64,000 bases of DNA from a virus. A program made the translations under genes and the position numbers. The notes under the pieces are model-generated. The model saw nothing but the letters and a program-made list of their open reading frames with translations, had not been told where the DNA came from and did not search any database. The number at the start of each line of letters is the position of its first letter. Position 1 is the first letter of the stretch. Location of the stretch: positions 32,001 to 96,000 of the IMG/VR virus record IMGVR_UViG_3300019776_000564. One strand, 5' to 3'. Positions 26,730 through 35,943 of this stretch are shown here, piece after piece.

Positions 26730-27411
26730 CAAAGAGATCACGGACTCTGTATCCCGGATCAGTTCGGGCTATGCAGCTTTTGAGACGACTCTTCGCGGAG
26801 CAGTTGCAGAGGTTCTCAATGGACTCGGTAACGGCCTGTACAGTCTCTCCAATATGATTCAGCCAATTGAGTCTGTAGCTCAGCGATATCTAAGCTCAGT
26901 GAGAGAGCAGACGCTTGAAGACCTCGGGAACGTGTCTGAGAGAGCGCTGAAGACCTCCGGGGCAGAACTAGACCCAAGTGTAGCGAGTAAAGCTATAACA
27001 GTCGCTGATGCGCTTTATAAGGGCTTTGGCGTAGAGGTTGAAAACTCTATCGAGAGAGCGGTTGCCAAAGACGTTAAAACCGCTTTGGACTTCATCCGAC
27101 TACAGGTTGCTCAGGGAAGGTTTCTAGCAACTACAGATCAGCTAACCCACGACCTCGAATTTACAGTTACAGGTAAAACCAGAATTGGATCAGTTGATTT
27201 CGTTACCAGAGAAGTTAATTGGGCTTATCGTCAACAGTACAACACAATCATGGTTCACGTTCTTAGCGAGCGGGGCATCGACAATGCCGTTGTTAATGGG
27301 GGTAGTTCTGACGGCATGGTTGTAAGATTGGATATTTATGACCAAATTCAGGCAAAAATATTCCATCACAACTCGAAAAGCCTTCTACAACCCCTTGACG
27401 TAGGAATATAA
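26707..27411 (+). CDS. hypothetical virion morphogenesis protein
   Basis: 234 aa in the head-neck module. Confidence 0.6.
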   Translation: MSFVSADNKEITDSVSRISSGYAAFETTLRGAVAEVLNGLGNGLYSLSNMIQPIESVAQRYLSSVREQTLEDLGNVSERALKTSGAELDPSVASKAITVADALYKGFGVEVENSIERAVAKDVKTALDFIRLQVAQGRFLATTDQLTHDLEFTVTGKTRIGSVDFVTREVNWAYRQQYNTIMVHVLSERGIDNAVVNGGSSDGMVVRLDIYDQIQAKIFHHNSKSLLQPLDVGI

Positions 27412-27418
27412 TGTTGTC

Positions 27419-27769
27419 ATGAGCGCATTTATTCCAACTACCGTAGGTTACATTCGCCGCGCATCCGATACGTTTTCGGTTACTGGCGATAAGACCTACG
27501 GAGATCCGATAAAAGTAGGGCTGTCCGTCGTCAGAATGGTTGACGGCTCACAGCCTACTTCCGTTCGCGCTGACACATCCGGCTCAAAGTCGTTTGCCAA
27601 CGAAAACGTTGAACAGGGAAGAGCGCTTATTCACCCTAGAGTGACCCCTAAAATTGGGGACATTCTTATTGTTGGTCAACAGCAGCTTGAGATCCAAGCT
27701 GTTAGACCGCTGTTCGATATGTACGGCGGCGTAGATCACTATCAGGTTGAGTTAACAACGTGGGTCTAA
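27419..27769 (+). CDS. putative head closure protein
   Basis: 116 aa beta-rich, GDIL motif, position. Confidence 0.6.
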   Translation: MSAFIPTTVGYIRRASDTFSVTGDKTYGDPIKVGLSVVRMVDGSQPTSVRADTSGSKSFANENVEQGRALIHPRVTPKIGDILIVGQQQLEIQAVRPLFDMYGGVDHYQVELTTWV

Positions 27770-28212
27770 CAGTCAAAGGGCTGCCGGCCGTTCAAGCTAG
27801 AATCTCCCGAACGGAGACGAAGGTTATGGAAGGCTCTCTAAGCGCTTTGCGAGCAATGGCTAAGCTGGTTGTAGCAGAAGCTGTTCGTAACGCACCAGTA
27901 GATACTGGAGAGCTTGAGAACGCTATTGTTGCGATAGAAGAGCGAAGCAGAACAGACCTTGGTCAATTCGGTCAGATCACGATCAGAGTTGGTGTTGACG
28001 TAACCAAGCTTGACCTTGAAGCTCATGGCGGTTACGACTACTCGATCAGGATGCACGAAGACCCAAATTACAACCTTGGCCCCAAGTCAGAAGCGAAACA
28101 GGCTGGTCAAGGCAATACCGTTGGCTACAAGTATCTTGAGCGCGCACTGAAGGACACTCAGGAAGAAATTCGCAGACGCGTAGAAAAAGCGATTAAAGAG
28201 GGTATCCAATAA
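27760..28212 (+). CDS. neck/tail completion protein (HK97 gp10-like)
   Basis: APVDTGELENAI, HE, KYLERA motifs. Confidence 0.75.
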   Translation: MGLTVKGLPAVQARISRTETKVMEGSLSALRAMAKLVVAEAVRNAPVDTGELENAIVAIEERSRTDLGQFGQITIRVGVDVTKLDLEAHGGYDYSIRMHEDPNYNLGPKSEAKQAGQGNTVGYKYLERALKDTQEEIRRRVEKAIKEGIQ

Positions 28213-28592
28213 TGAAACTGGAAGACGCTCTGATCAGCCATATTTCAGCAAACGCACCCGGCTTAGTACAGGGCGTTTCGCTGTTTCACTCTCACATGCC
28301 AGCGGGCATCGCATCTGGAGTTCTTGTGATGACCCGTGTACCGATCGAAGTTGGTCTATACACTGGTATGCGAAATGGCACCTTCCAGGTAGTATGTCGC
28401 GACGTGAGTATTCCATTGGCTCATGATAAAGCCAGTGAAATAATCAAGGCGATATCTTCCGAAGGGGTAAGGGTAGGTACGGTGAACTTCCGGTTCATCA
28501 AACCTCAACATGAACCACTGGTGTTTCCACGCACCGAAGGCGCTCAATTTGAGGCAGCCGTGAATTACATTTTTGCAGCTAACTGGGAGTAA
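28212..28592 (+). CDS. putative tail terminator
   Basis: 126 aa immediately before the tail tube gene. Confidence 0.6.
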   Translation: MKLEDALISHISANAPGLVQGVSLFHSHMPAGIASGVLVMTRVPIEVGLYTGMRNGTFQVVCRDVSIPLAHDKASEIIKAISSEGVRVGTVNFRFIKPQHEPLVFPRTEGAQFEAAVNYIFAANWE

Positions 28593-28598
28593 ACCAGA

Positions 28599-29138
28599 AT
28601 GACGAGTTCTACCGAAAACATCCGAATGGGCACCTGCCGTATTCTTTATGACGGCGTTGACCTGGGCTTCACCACTGGCGGTGTCGAAGTTACTGTCGCG
28701 ACTACTACCAAAGAGATCAAGGTTGACCAGTACGGTGACACCTTGGCAAACGAGTACATCATGGGTCGAACCATCAGCGTAAAAGCGCCGTTGGTGGAAA
28801 CTACCATCGATAACATGGCTAAGATAATGCCCGGTGCAGATCTGGTTGTGGACAACACCGACCCTCTGAAGCCTAAGAAAAAGGTTGTTGCAAAATCGGG
28901 CACCGGCATCTCTTTGCTGTCGATGGCTAAAGAGCTGGTACTGCACCCAATCGCAAATGCCGAGAATGACAAGTCGGAAGACCTGACCATCCCTCTGGCT
29001 TCTACTGCGGGTGCAATGAACTTCGCCTACAAATACGATGCAGAGCGCGTGTTTGACTGCGAGTTCAAAGGCTACGCTGACGCAGAAACCGGCGTCCTGT
29101 TCATCTATGGCGACAAGGCTGTTACTGCCCTGCCATAA
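28599..29138 (+). CDS. major tail (tube) protein
   Basis: DLGFTTGGVEV motif, position before chaperones and TMP. Confidence 0.8.
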   Translation: MTSSTENIRMGTCRILYDGVDLGFTTGGVEVTVATTTKEIKVDQYGDTLANEYIMGRTISVKAPLVETTIDNMAKIMPGADLVVDNTDPLKPKKKVVAKSGTGISLLSMAKELVLHPIANAENDKSEDLTIPLASTAGAMNFAYKYDAERVFDCEFKGYADAETGVLFIYGDKAVTALP

Positions 29139-29209
29139 TCTGGTACATTCACCGCAGTAGATCACAAATAAGCGTCCTCACTTGAGGACGCTGCACTGGA
29201 GCTTTAAAA

Positions 29210-29602
29210 ATGAACCTGCTTAATATTGACGAGTTATCCGGCCCAGAACGTTTTGTAACTATCCGCGGTATCCAATATCCGGTTGTTGATCGCAGCGTTG
29301 GTTTGATGCTCGATAGCATTCAGGCTGTAAAACAGCAGTCGAAGCTGAACGGTAAGGGCAAGGGCGCCCATGTCGATGAAGAAGTTTTCTTCTCCAACAT
29401 CATCAAGACCCTGAGAACAATTCTGCCAGAGTGCCCGGAAGAAATTGTTCGAGGTTTGAGCATGGTTCAGATGATGGCTATTCTGGACTTCTGCAACCAA
29501 GACCCGAACAAGATGGCTGAAGACGCAATCAACGAAGCCAAGAAGTCTGGTAACGAAGGCGATGTTAACGACAGCAAGGTAGTAGAAGAGGGAAAAGTCT
29601 AA
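29210..29602 (+). CDS. tail assembly chaperone (gpG-like)
   Basis: between tube and TMP genes; ends with a slippery sequence. Confidence 0.75.
   Translation: MNLLNIDELSGPERFVTIRGIQYPVVDRSVGLMLDSIQAVKQQSKLNGKGKGAHVDEEVFFSNIIKTLRTILPECPEEIVRGLSMVQMMAILDFCNQDPNKMAEDAINEAKKSGNEGDVNDSKVVEEGKV
29590..29596 (+). other. programmed -1 frameshift site G GGA AAA
   Basis: X XXY YYZ heptamer; the -1 frame is open into ORF 29674-29931 (..GKSLTVEAIDFSYVFSRFCWFYGW..VLAMPARRFW). Confidence 0.8.
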
Positions 29603-29931
29603 CCGTCGAAGCGATAGACTTTTCATACGTCTTCTCACGTTTCTGCTGGTTCTACGGTTGGACTGATACTCATGTGCTGGCAATGCCAGCACGTAGGTTT
29701 TGGATGATGGAGCGCCAGATAGATCGAATCCAAGCGGAACAAGAAATCCGCAAAATTCAGTTCTCCACACTCATCTGTCCACCTAAAACCAAAGACGCAT
29801 TCAAGGCAATCACCGAGCACATCGGCCGGTTGACTCTTGAGATAGGCGAGAAAGTTACGGTTCGACGGAACATCATTGTCGCCCCCGAGCCTGGCGCCGC
29901 CGCAAAATTCGCAAAACTGTCCGGGGGTTAA
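29597..29931 (+). CDS. gpT-like C-terminal part of the frameshifted chaperone
   Basis: -1 frame continuation of gpG. Confidence 0.7.
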
Positions 29932-29935
29932 AGAA

Positions 29936-32900
29936 ATGAGTTTGGGCCAACTGGTTCTGGATCTGAAGCTCAACGGCAACGAATTTACCGTGGGGCTGAA
30001 ATCAGCTTCAGGTCAATTGGGTCAATTCGTTGCTGGCGCTCAGCGCGCTAACAGTGTCATCAAGAGCGCTGAGCGCTCCACTTATTCGTGGGGCAATGTC
30101 ATTAGAGATACGGTTATTGGGCTTGCTCTTGCCCGTGACGCTGTACGTACTCTAAGCGCAGTTACATTTGGTTGGCAGAAGGCTATCGTCGGTGTAAACA
30201 GCGATATGGAGAGATCCATCGCTCTGATGAAAAACTTCTCGAAAGAGACCAACTCCGTAAAAGCTACATCCGAAGCCGTCTCTGACGTTAACAAGCTTCT
30301 GGAAAGAGCATCAACATCCCCATTCTCTCTCACCGCTATTACCGACGCCTTTGTTAAGCTGCGCGTTGGTGGCGTTGAGCCTGTATTTAAGTCGATGGAC
30401 ACCCTTGTGGACTCAGTGTCTGCATTTGGTGGTAGCGGCGAAAACCTTAAGCGTGCCGGCGTTGCTATTCAGCAGATGGCAGGTAAGGGCGTTGTCTCTA
30501 TGGAAGAGCTTCGTCAGCAACTTGGTGAAGCTGTCCCGACTGCAATTAACGCAATGGCTGCCGGCCTTGGTACAACTTACTCGAAACTGGTTAAAGAGAT
30601 TAGCCAGGGTAAAGTTCTATCTAAGCCAGCGATCATCGCAATGATGCAACAGATGGAACTCCAATTTAAGGGTTCCGCCGCAAACATGATGAACACATGG
30701 GGCGGCGCTGTTGCTCAGTTTGAAACTGATGCCAAGAAACTAGCCGTAGCATTCGGTGGTCTTGGTAAAGATGGCTACGAAGAAGGCGGCTATCTAAAGA
30801 CGATCACGAAGGAACTCAAAGGCCTTAACGAGGTTCTTTCAGACCCGGAGATCATCAACAGCGCCAGAGATATCGGTAAGGCTGTTGGTGAGATGATCAC
30901 AAGCCTTGCAAACGGTACAAAATGGGTTATTGCTCACCGTGAGGCGATCTATGAGTGGGGTAAGGCTCTTCTTTATCTCTGGGCTGCGTACAAAGGCGCA
31001 TCGATTGTAAGTGGGGTTCTGAAGACTGCTGGCGCAGCAACAGAAACTCTTGCAATGAAACTCATTCAGATGAGGATGCAAGGTCAGAGCGTAACGACCG
31101 CGATGGGCGGTATGGTTAGCTCTATGAGTGGCTGGAACAGCACAGCGGCTATTGCAGCGGGTGGCGCTACAAGAATCGCAACCGGGTCTAACGCTGCCGG
31201 CGTAGCCGTTCGGGCGCTTGGTGGCGCCATTGGCATACTCGCAGGCCCAATCGGTCTTGCCGCAACGCTCGCTGTCAGCCTTGGTATGGCTTACTTTGAG
31301 TCAAAAAGAGGCGCGGATGCAGCTAGAGATGCCGTTCTGGGCCTCAATGGCGCTCTGACTGATTACAACCAGCTTTCGATTCTTGGTCAGGCCAGAAACG
31401 ATAAGAGAAAGTCTTATGAAGAGCTGTACGGCCCGGAAGCTGAAAAGAACCTTGCTTACCAAAGTAAGGAATACGTAGAGCAGTACAAGAAGGAAAAAGC
31501 GGCAGCGAAAGCTGACCTTGATAAGACCGATAGCGATCTGCTTAAGGCTCGCCTGAACGTTGCTCGGACTTATGCAAATACTGAGGCTCAAGGTGTTATC
31601 TCGGCAAACTCTGCCGCAATCGCTGAGATCTCCAAGTCATACAAAATTGACTCTGCTGCCATCTATGAGCAGTTCGAGGAAGAGGCCAAGAAGAGCGGCA
31701 AGGCTTTCGACGAGGCCGGTTACAAGAATGCCTTGAAGCAACGAGGCAGCATCAAGTACCAAGAAGAGATTGATACCTACGTAGAGGCAAGAAACCAAGC
31801 TATCGAGGCTAAAAACAAGCTTGTAGCGGAGAACACGGATTCAAAAGGAAGGCTGATTGTTGATGATGAAAAACTCAAGCAGCTTGAAACCGCAAAGACT
31901 CTGATCTCCAGCTTCGATGAGAAAATCGCAGATACCAAACTCTCAATGCAGGAGCTTGGTAAATATGATCTCGCCTCTACTCTTGTAAATGGCCCAGGCG
32001 GTAAGCCAGCAAAAGCTCAGTTCGATGCAATGACCATGTACGTAGATGGTCTGAGAAAGTCTGTAGCTGGTCTTGGCGCAAAGATTGAGGAAGAGAACCC
32101 CTACCTTGCTCAGCTTGATGCAACCGTTGAAAGTCTTGGCGGCAAGAAGCTTCCAAACTTCGATGCAGTTTACGCATCCGGCGTTAAGCTTGCGGAACAG
32201 CGTTGGGCGCAAGAGAAGGCTCAAAAGGCTCTTACCTCTGCCAACAATGAATATAAGGATTCGATGGAGCGAATCGGACAGATTCAGAGGCTTATGAGCG
32301 GTAAGCTCAACAAGGCTGAAAATCTCAATCCATGGGAAAAGGCTTCTGCTGACGCAATCAGGTACGAAGACGAGCTTAATGATCTCGTCAAGAAGATGGA
32401 TGACGCAAGAAAGCAGGCTGAATCCGCTGCTGGTAGCATGGGTCAAGGTCAGCTTGAAAAGCTTGCTGAGAAGGCAAGACTTGCTGAGAAGGCTGTAGAT
32501 GACACCAGAGAAACACTTGAGAAGCTAAAGGTCACTGATACAGGCAAGGCTATGAAAAGCACTGCCGACGCCATCAATGACGCTCTTCTCAGTACCTCTG
32601 ATAGAGCAAAGGCCGAGTACGACCGCCAAACTGAGTGGGCTGATCAGTTTTACGCAAACCATAAAGATCAGTTGGAAAAAGACTCTGAGGCGTATGCTCA
32701 GTATTCCGAGTTTAGAAGGTCGCTTGACGCTCAGTATGCTCGGGAAAGCGAATCCGGGTTAGACCAATGGATTCGTCAAAACAGAGATGCAACCGAGCAG
32801 TATAAGAGCCTTTGGGGCTCTGCAATGAACAAGTTCACCGACACTCTTACCGATGCTCTGGTTGAGGGTAAGATGCAGTTTGGTGATTTTGTTAAGTACG

Positions 32901-33496
32901 TCCTCAAAGAGATCGTAAGGATTCAGGTAGCTAAGTCCATTGCTCTTGCTTCCGAACAAGCTCAGGGTGGCATTGGTAGCCTGCTCGGCCCTCTCCTGTC
33001 TATCGGCGCAAGCTTCTTTGGTGGAGGTAGCGCAGGTGCTCTTGGTAGCGCAAGTACAAGTGGCGCTGCAGCCGGTGCATCTGGCGTAGCTAACGGTATT
33101 GGTGCTGATCTCGGCAACGTAGGCGTTCAGTTCCCGACTGAGTTCGCTAACGGCGGCATCATGACGAGATACGGTCAGCTTGCTCTGAAGAAGTACGCAA
33201 ACGGTGGCATCGCGAATAGACCGCAAATCGCTCTATATGGTGAAGGTAAAACGCCAGAAGCTTATGTACCCCTGCCGGACGGCAGAACAATCCCGGTAAC
33301 TATGAGTGGCGGTGATGGAAGCTCCTCTGGTGGCGACATCCAGATCAATATCAACGTTGCAACTGATGGCTCTACTTCCTCTGAAAGCAAAGGTAACGGC
33401 GCTGATCAATGGAAGTCGATGGCAGAGAAAGTTAAAAACGTGGTTAGAGAGGAAATCGGTACTCAGAAACGCCCGGGTGGTATGCTTTATAGCTAA
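29936..33496 (+). CDS. tail tape measure protein
   Basis: ~1186 aa, Ala/Gly-rich, QMAGKGVVSMEELRQQLGE tape-measure domain, C-terminal RPGG. Confidence 0.92.
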   Translation: MSLGQLVLDLKLNGNEFTVGLKSASGQLGQFVAGAQRANSVIKSAERSTYSWGNVIRDTVIGLALARDAVRTLSAVTFGWQKAIVGVNSDMERSIALMKNFSKETNSVKATSEAVSDVNKLLERASTSPFSLTAITDAFVKLRVGGVEPVFKSMDTLVDSVSAFGGSGENLKRAGVAIQQMAGKGVVSMEELRQQLGEAVPTAINAMAAGLGTTYSKLVKEISQGKVLSKPAIIAMMQQMELQFKGSAANMMNTWGGAVAQFETDAKKLAVAFGGLGKDGYEEGGYLKTITKELKGLNEVLSDPEIINSARDIGKAVGEMITSLANGTKWVIAHREAIYEWGKALLYLWAAYKGASIVSGVLKTAGAATETLAMKLIQMRMQGQSVTTAMGGMVSSMSGWNSTAAIAAGGATRIATGSNAAGVAVRALGGAIGILAGPIGLAATLAVSLGMAYFESKRGADAARDAVLGLNGALTDYNQLSILGQARNDKRKSYEELYGPEAEKNLAYQSKEYVEQYKKEKAAAKADLDKTDSDLLKARLNVARTYANTEAQGVISANSAAIAEISKSYKIDSAAIYEQFEEEAKKSGKAFDEAGYKNALKQRGSIKYQEEIDTYVEARNQAIEAKNKLVAENTDSKGRLIVDDEKLKQLETAKTLISSFDEKIADTKLSMQELGKYDLASTLVNGPGGKPAKAQFDAMTMYVDGLRKSVAGLGAKIEEENPYLAQLDATVESLGGKKLPNFDAVYASGVKLAEQRWAQEKAQKALTSANNEYKDSMERIGQIQRLMSGKLNKAENLNPWEKASADAIRYEDELNDLVKKMDDARKQAESAAGSMGQGQLEKLAEKARLAEKAVDDTRETLEKLKVTDTGKAMKSTADAINDALLSTSDRAKAEYDRQTEWADQFYANHKDQLEKDSEAYAQYSEFRRSLDAQYARESESGLDQWIRQNRDATEQYKSLWGSAMNKFTDTLTDALVEGKMQFGDFVKYVLKEIVRIQVAKSIALASEQAQGGIGSLLGPLLSIGASFFGGGSAGALGSASTSGAAAGASGVANGIGADLGNVGVQFPTEFANGGIMTRYGQLALKKYANGGIANRPQIALYGEGKTPEAYVPLPDGRTIPVTMSGGDGSSSGGDIQININVATDGSTSSESKGNGADQWKSMAEKVKNVVREEIGTQKRPGGMLYS

Positions 33497-33520
33497 TTGA
33501 TCCGATAGATAGGCGATAAA

Positions 33521-33862
33521 ATGGCAAAAGATACTTTTGGGGAGGGGTGGCTACCTACTATCGGCCACTCCGTCGCGTACAAGCCTAATGTCAACCCGAT
33601 TAAATTTGGGGACAATTACGAAGTCAGAGTTCCATCCGGCATTAATAACAGGCCGGAGATCTGGTCTGTTTCATTCACATACAACTACGCAACGACCGCA
33701 GAAATACTGGCGTTTCTTGCTAGCCAGAACGCATACAAGTCCTTCTTCTGGAGAAGTCCTCACAATCAAACCATTACTGTGGTTTGCAGAGATTGGTCTG
33801 TATCTACAGATGAGGGCGTGAAGACCATCACCGCCAAATTTGAACAGGTGTTTGAGAACTGA
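33521..33862 (+). CDS. minor tail protein M-like (distal tail)
   Basis: KFGDNYEVR..GIN, SFFWRSP, FEQVFE. Confidence 0.85.
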   Translation: MAKDTFGEGWLPTIGHSVAYKPNVNPIKFGDNYEVRVPSGINNRPEIWSVSFTYNYATTAEILAFLASQNAYKSFFWRSPHNQTITVVCRDWSVSTDEGVKTITAKFEQVFEN

Positions 33863-33863
33863 T

Positions 33864-34601
33864 ATGACAATTCAGGAAGAAATTCAAAAGCTTGAACCAT
33901 CTGCGGTAATCGAACTGTTTGAGCTGGATATGTCGAAGCATGGCTTGGTAAGCCAATACTTCCATGCAGGTACAAATAACCTCAACTCTGGCGTAGTGTG
34001 GAAAGGCATTACCTATATGCCTTTGCCAATTGAAGCAGACGGGTTTGAGGTGAGTGCGGCCGGCAAAGTCTTGCCTAGACCTAGACTGAGGCTTGCCAAC
34101 GTACAAGGCTTATTTTCGGCAGAGGTCGACGCATACGACGATCTAATTGGCTGCAAGATTATCCGTAGAAGAACTTTTACCAGATTTCTTGACGCTGTTA
34201 ACTTTGAAGGCGGCGTAAACCCTAGCGCAGATCCTGGACAGCAATACCCGGAAGAGATCTGGTTTGTTGAACAGAAAATATCGGAGAACAAGTATCTCAT
34301 TGAGTGGGAACTTGCATCCGTATTTGACCTTCAGGGTGTAATGCTGCCTCGCAGACAGATGGTTCGTAACGGCTGCCCTTTCGGCTATCGAATCTGGAAC
34401 CCTCTAACGGGTTCATTTGACTATTCTGGTGCTGGTGATTGTGGATATTCAGGTAGCGCCTATTTCGACATCAACGACAACCCGGTAGCAGATCCTTCTA
34501 AAGATCGGTGCAGTAAGCATTACGGCGCCTGCGAGAAGAGACATCCTGCTCCAGAAAACGTGCCATTCGGAGGATTCCCAGGTGCAGTCAATCTCCAGTA
34601 A
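33864..34601 (+). CDS. minor tail protein L-like
   Basis: IELFELD, RPRLRLANV, C-terminal Cys cluster and FGGFPG. Confidence 0.9.
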   Translation: MTIQEEIQKLEPSAVIELFELDMSKHGLVSQYFHAGTNNLNSGVVWKGITYMPLPIEADGFEVSAAGKVLPRPRLRLANVQGLFSAEVDAYDDLIGCKIIRRRTFTRFLDAVNFEGGVNPSADPGQQYPEEIWFVEQKISENKYLIEWELASVFDLQGVMLPRRQMVRNGCPFGYRIWNPLTGSFDYSGAGDCGYSGSAYFDINDNPVADPSKDRCSKHYGACEKRHPAPENVPFGGFPGAVNLQ

Positions 34602-35337
34602 GCTTTACGATTTCATCTGCCAAGAGGCCAAAAAGAATTTTCCCAACGAGTCATGCGGATTAATTCTGAAGAAGGGCAAGAAGCAGAGAATTGTGGCTGT
34701 ACCAAACGTTTCTTTGCAGCCAAATAATCAGTTCCTCATGGCAAGATCTGACGTTGAGGCTGCGGCCAACGGCGAAGAAATTCTTTGCGTATGGCATACA
34801 CACTGCAACATTCCACCTAAACCCTCTGAAGCTGATGTAGCGGGCTGTGAAGCGACTTCTGTCCCCTGGGTTATCGTATCAGTCTATAAAGACGAGGACG
34901 GCCCATACAGCTTCTCAGATATGTTCACGCTCGAACCTTCGGGTGAGTTGATCGACTATATCGGGCGCCCTTATGTGTTCGGGTCGCTAGACTGTTGGAC
35001 GCTGATTCGTGACTACTACAAGCGAGAGTACGGAGTAAGTCTTGGCGAGTACCCAAGAATCCATGAGTTCTGGAAAAGCCCAACGAGCAATTTCTTTGGT
35101 GATAAGAGCAACTGGGAATCTGAAGGTCTTTACTCTATTCAAGAGTCCGAGCTTAAAGAAGGCGACTTGATCTTTTTCTCAACTGACGGCTCTGGTAATC
35201 CAAACCATGCCGCAGTCTATATAGGTGGCGACCTGATCCTTCATCACGTAACGGACAGGCTTTCAAAGCGTGACGTTTACTACGGGTATTGGGAAAAGAA
35301 CGCTGTAGCATTTCTGAGGTGTAAGCATGTCAGTTGA
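34582..35337 (+). CDS. tail assembly protein K-like (JAB + NlpC/P60)
   Basis: ESCG, WHTH..PSEAD JAB motif; DCWTL..DYY and HAAVY NlpC motifs. Confidence 0.9.
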   Translation: MQSISSKLYDFICQEAKKNFPNESCGLILKKGKKQRIVAVPNVSLQPNNQFLMARSDVEAAANGEEILCVWHTHCNIPPKPSEADVAGCEATSVPWVIVSVYKDEDGPYSFSDMFTLEPSGELIDYIGRPYVFGSLDCWTLIRDYYKREYGVSLGEYPRIHEFWKSPTSNFFGDKSNWESEGLYSIQESELKEGDLIFFSTDGSGNPNHAAVYIGGDLILHHVTDRLSKRDVYYGYWEKNAVAFLRCKHVS

Positions 35338-35941
35338 GATCGCACTGGAAGGCATTCTTGGTAAGAAATTTGGCAAGCTTTGGAATCTGCATGTTGATTC
35401 GCCGTCTGAAGCTCTTAGCCTCATCGATGCAAACCAACCCGGCATCATTTCTTGGATTAGAAAAAACGAGGATATTTACAGTAAGTACCGCGTCACCTGC
35501 GTATACGAAAATGGTGTGTCGGAGGATCTATCCGAAGACAACTACCTACTTGAAAGAGGAAGCCTGAAGAGAATTGTCTTCGAGGTAGTAATCGAAGGTG
35601 CCGGTGGTAACGGCGTATTGCAGACGGTCATTGGCGTTGCACTTATCGTGGCCGGCGTAATTATCAACGCAGGAACTGGCGGAGCAGGCTCTCCGCTTGG
35701 TACAGCGATGATCTCTGCCGGTATCGGTATGATGATCGGCGGCGTTATTCAGATGCTCACGCCTCAGCCGAAAATTGACCGAGATGAGTCCAGTAGCGGT
35801 GGTGGTAAGAAAGCATCCAGTTATTTTGATGGCGCATCGAATACTACCAATCAGGGCAATCCAGTGCCTCTCTGTTATGGTAATGTTCTCGCAGGCTCGC
35901 AAGCCGTATCCGTAAACCTCGTTATCAACCAGGTGCTTTAA
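35327..35941 (+). CDS. tail assembly protein I-like
   Basis: Ubl-like N-domain ending IEGAGG, hydrophobic segment, QGNPVPLCYG. Confidence 0.88.
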   Translation: MSVEIALEGILGKKFGKLWNLHVDSPSEALSLIDANQPGIISWIRKNEDIYSKYRVTCVYENGVSEDLSEDNYLLERGSLKRIVFEVVIEGAGGNGVLQTVIGVALIVAGVIINAGTGGAGSPLGTAMISAGIGMMIGGVIQMLTPQPKIDRDESSSGGGKKASSYFDGASNTTNQGNPVPLCYGNVLAGSQAVSVNLVINQVL

Positions 35942-35943
35942 AT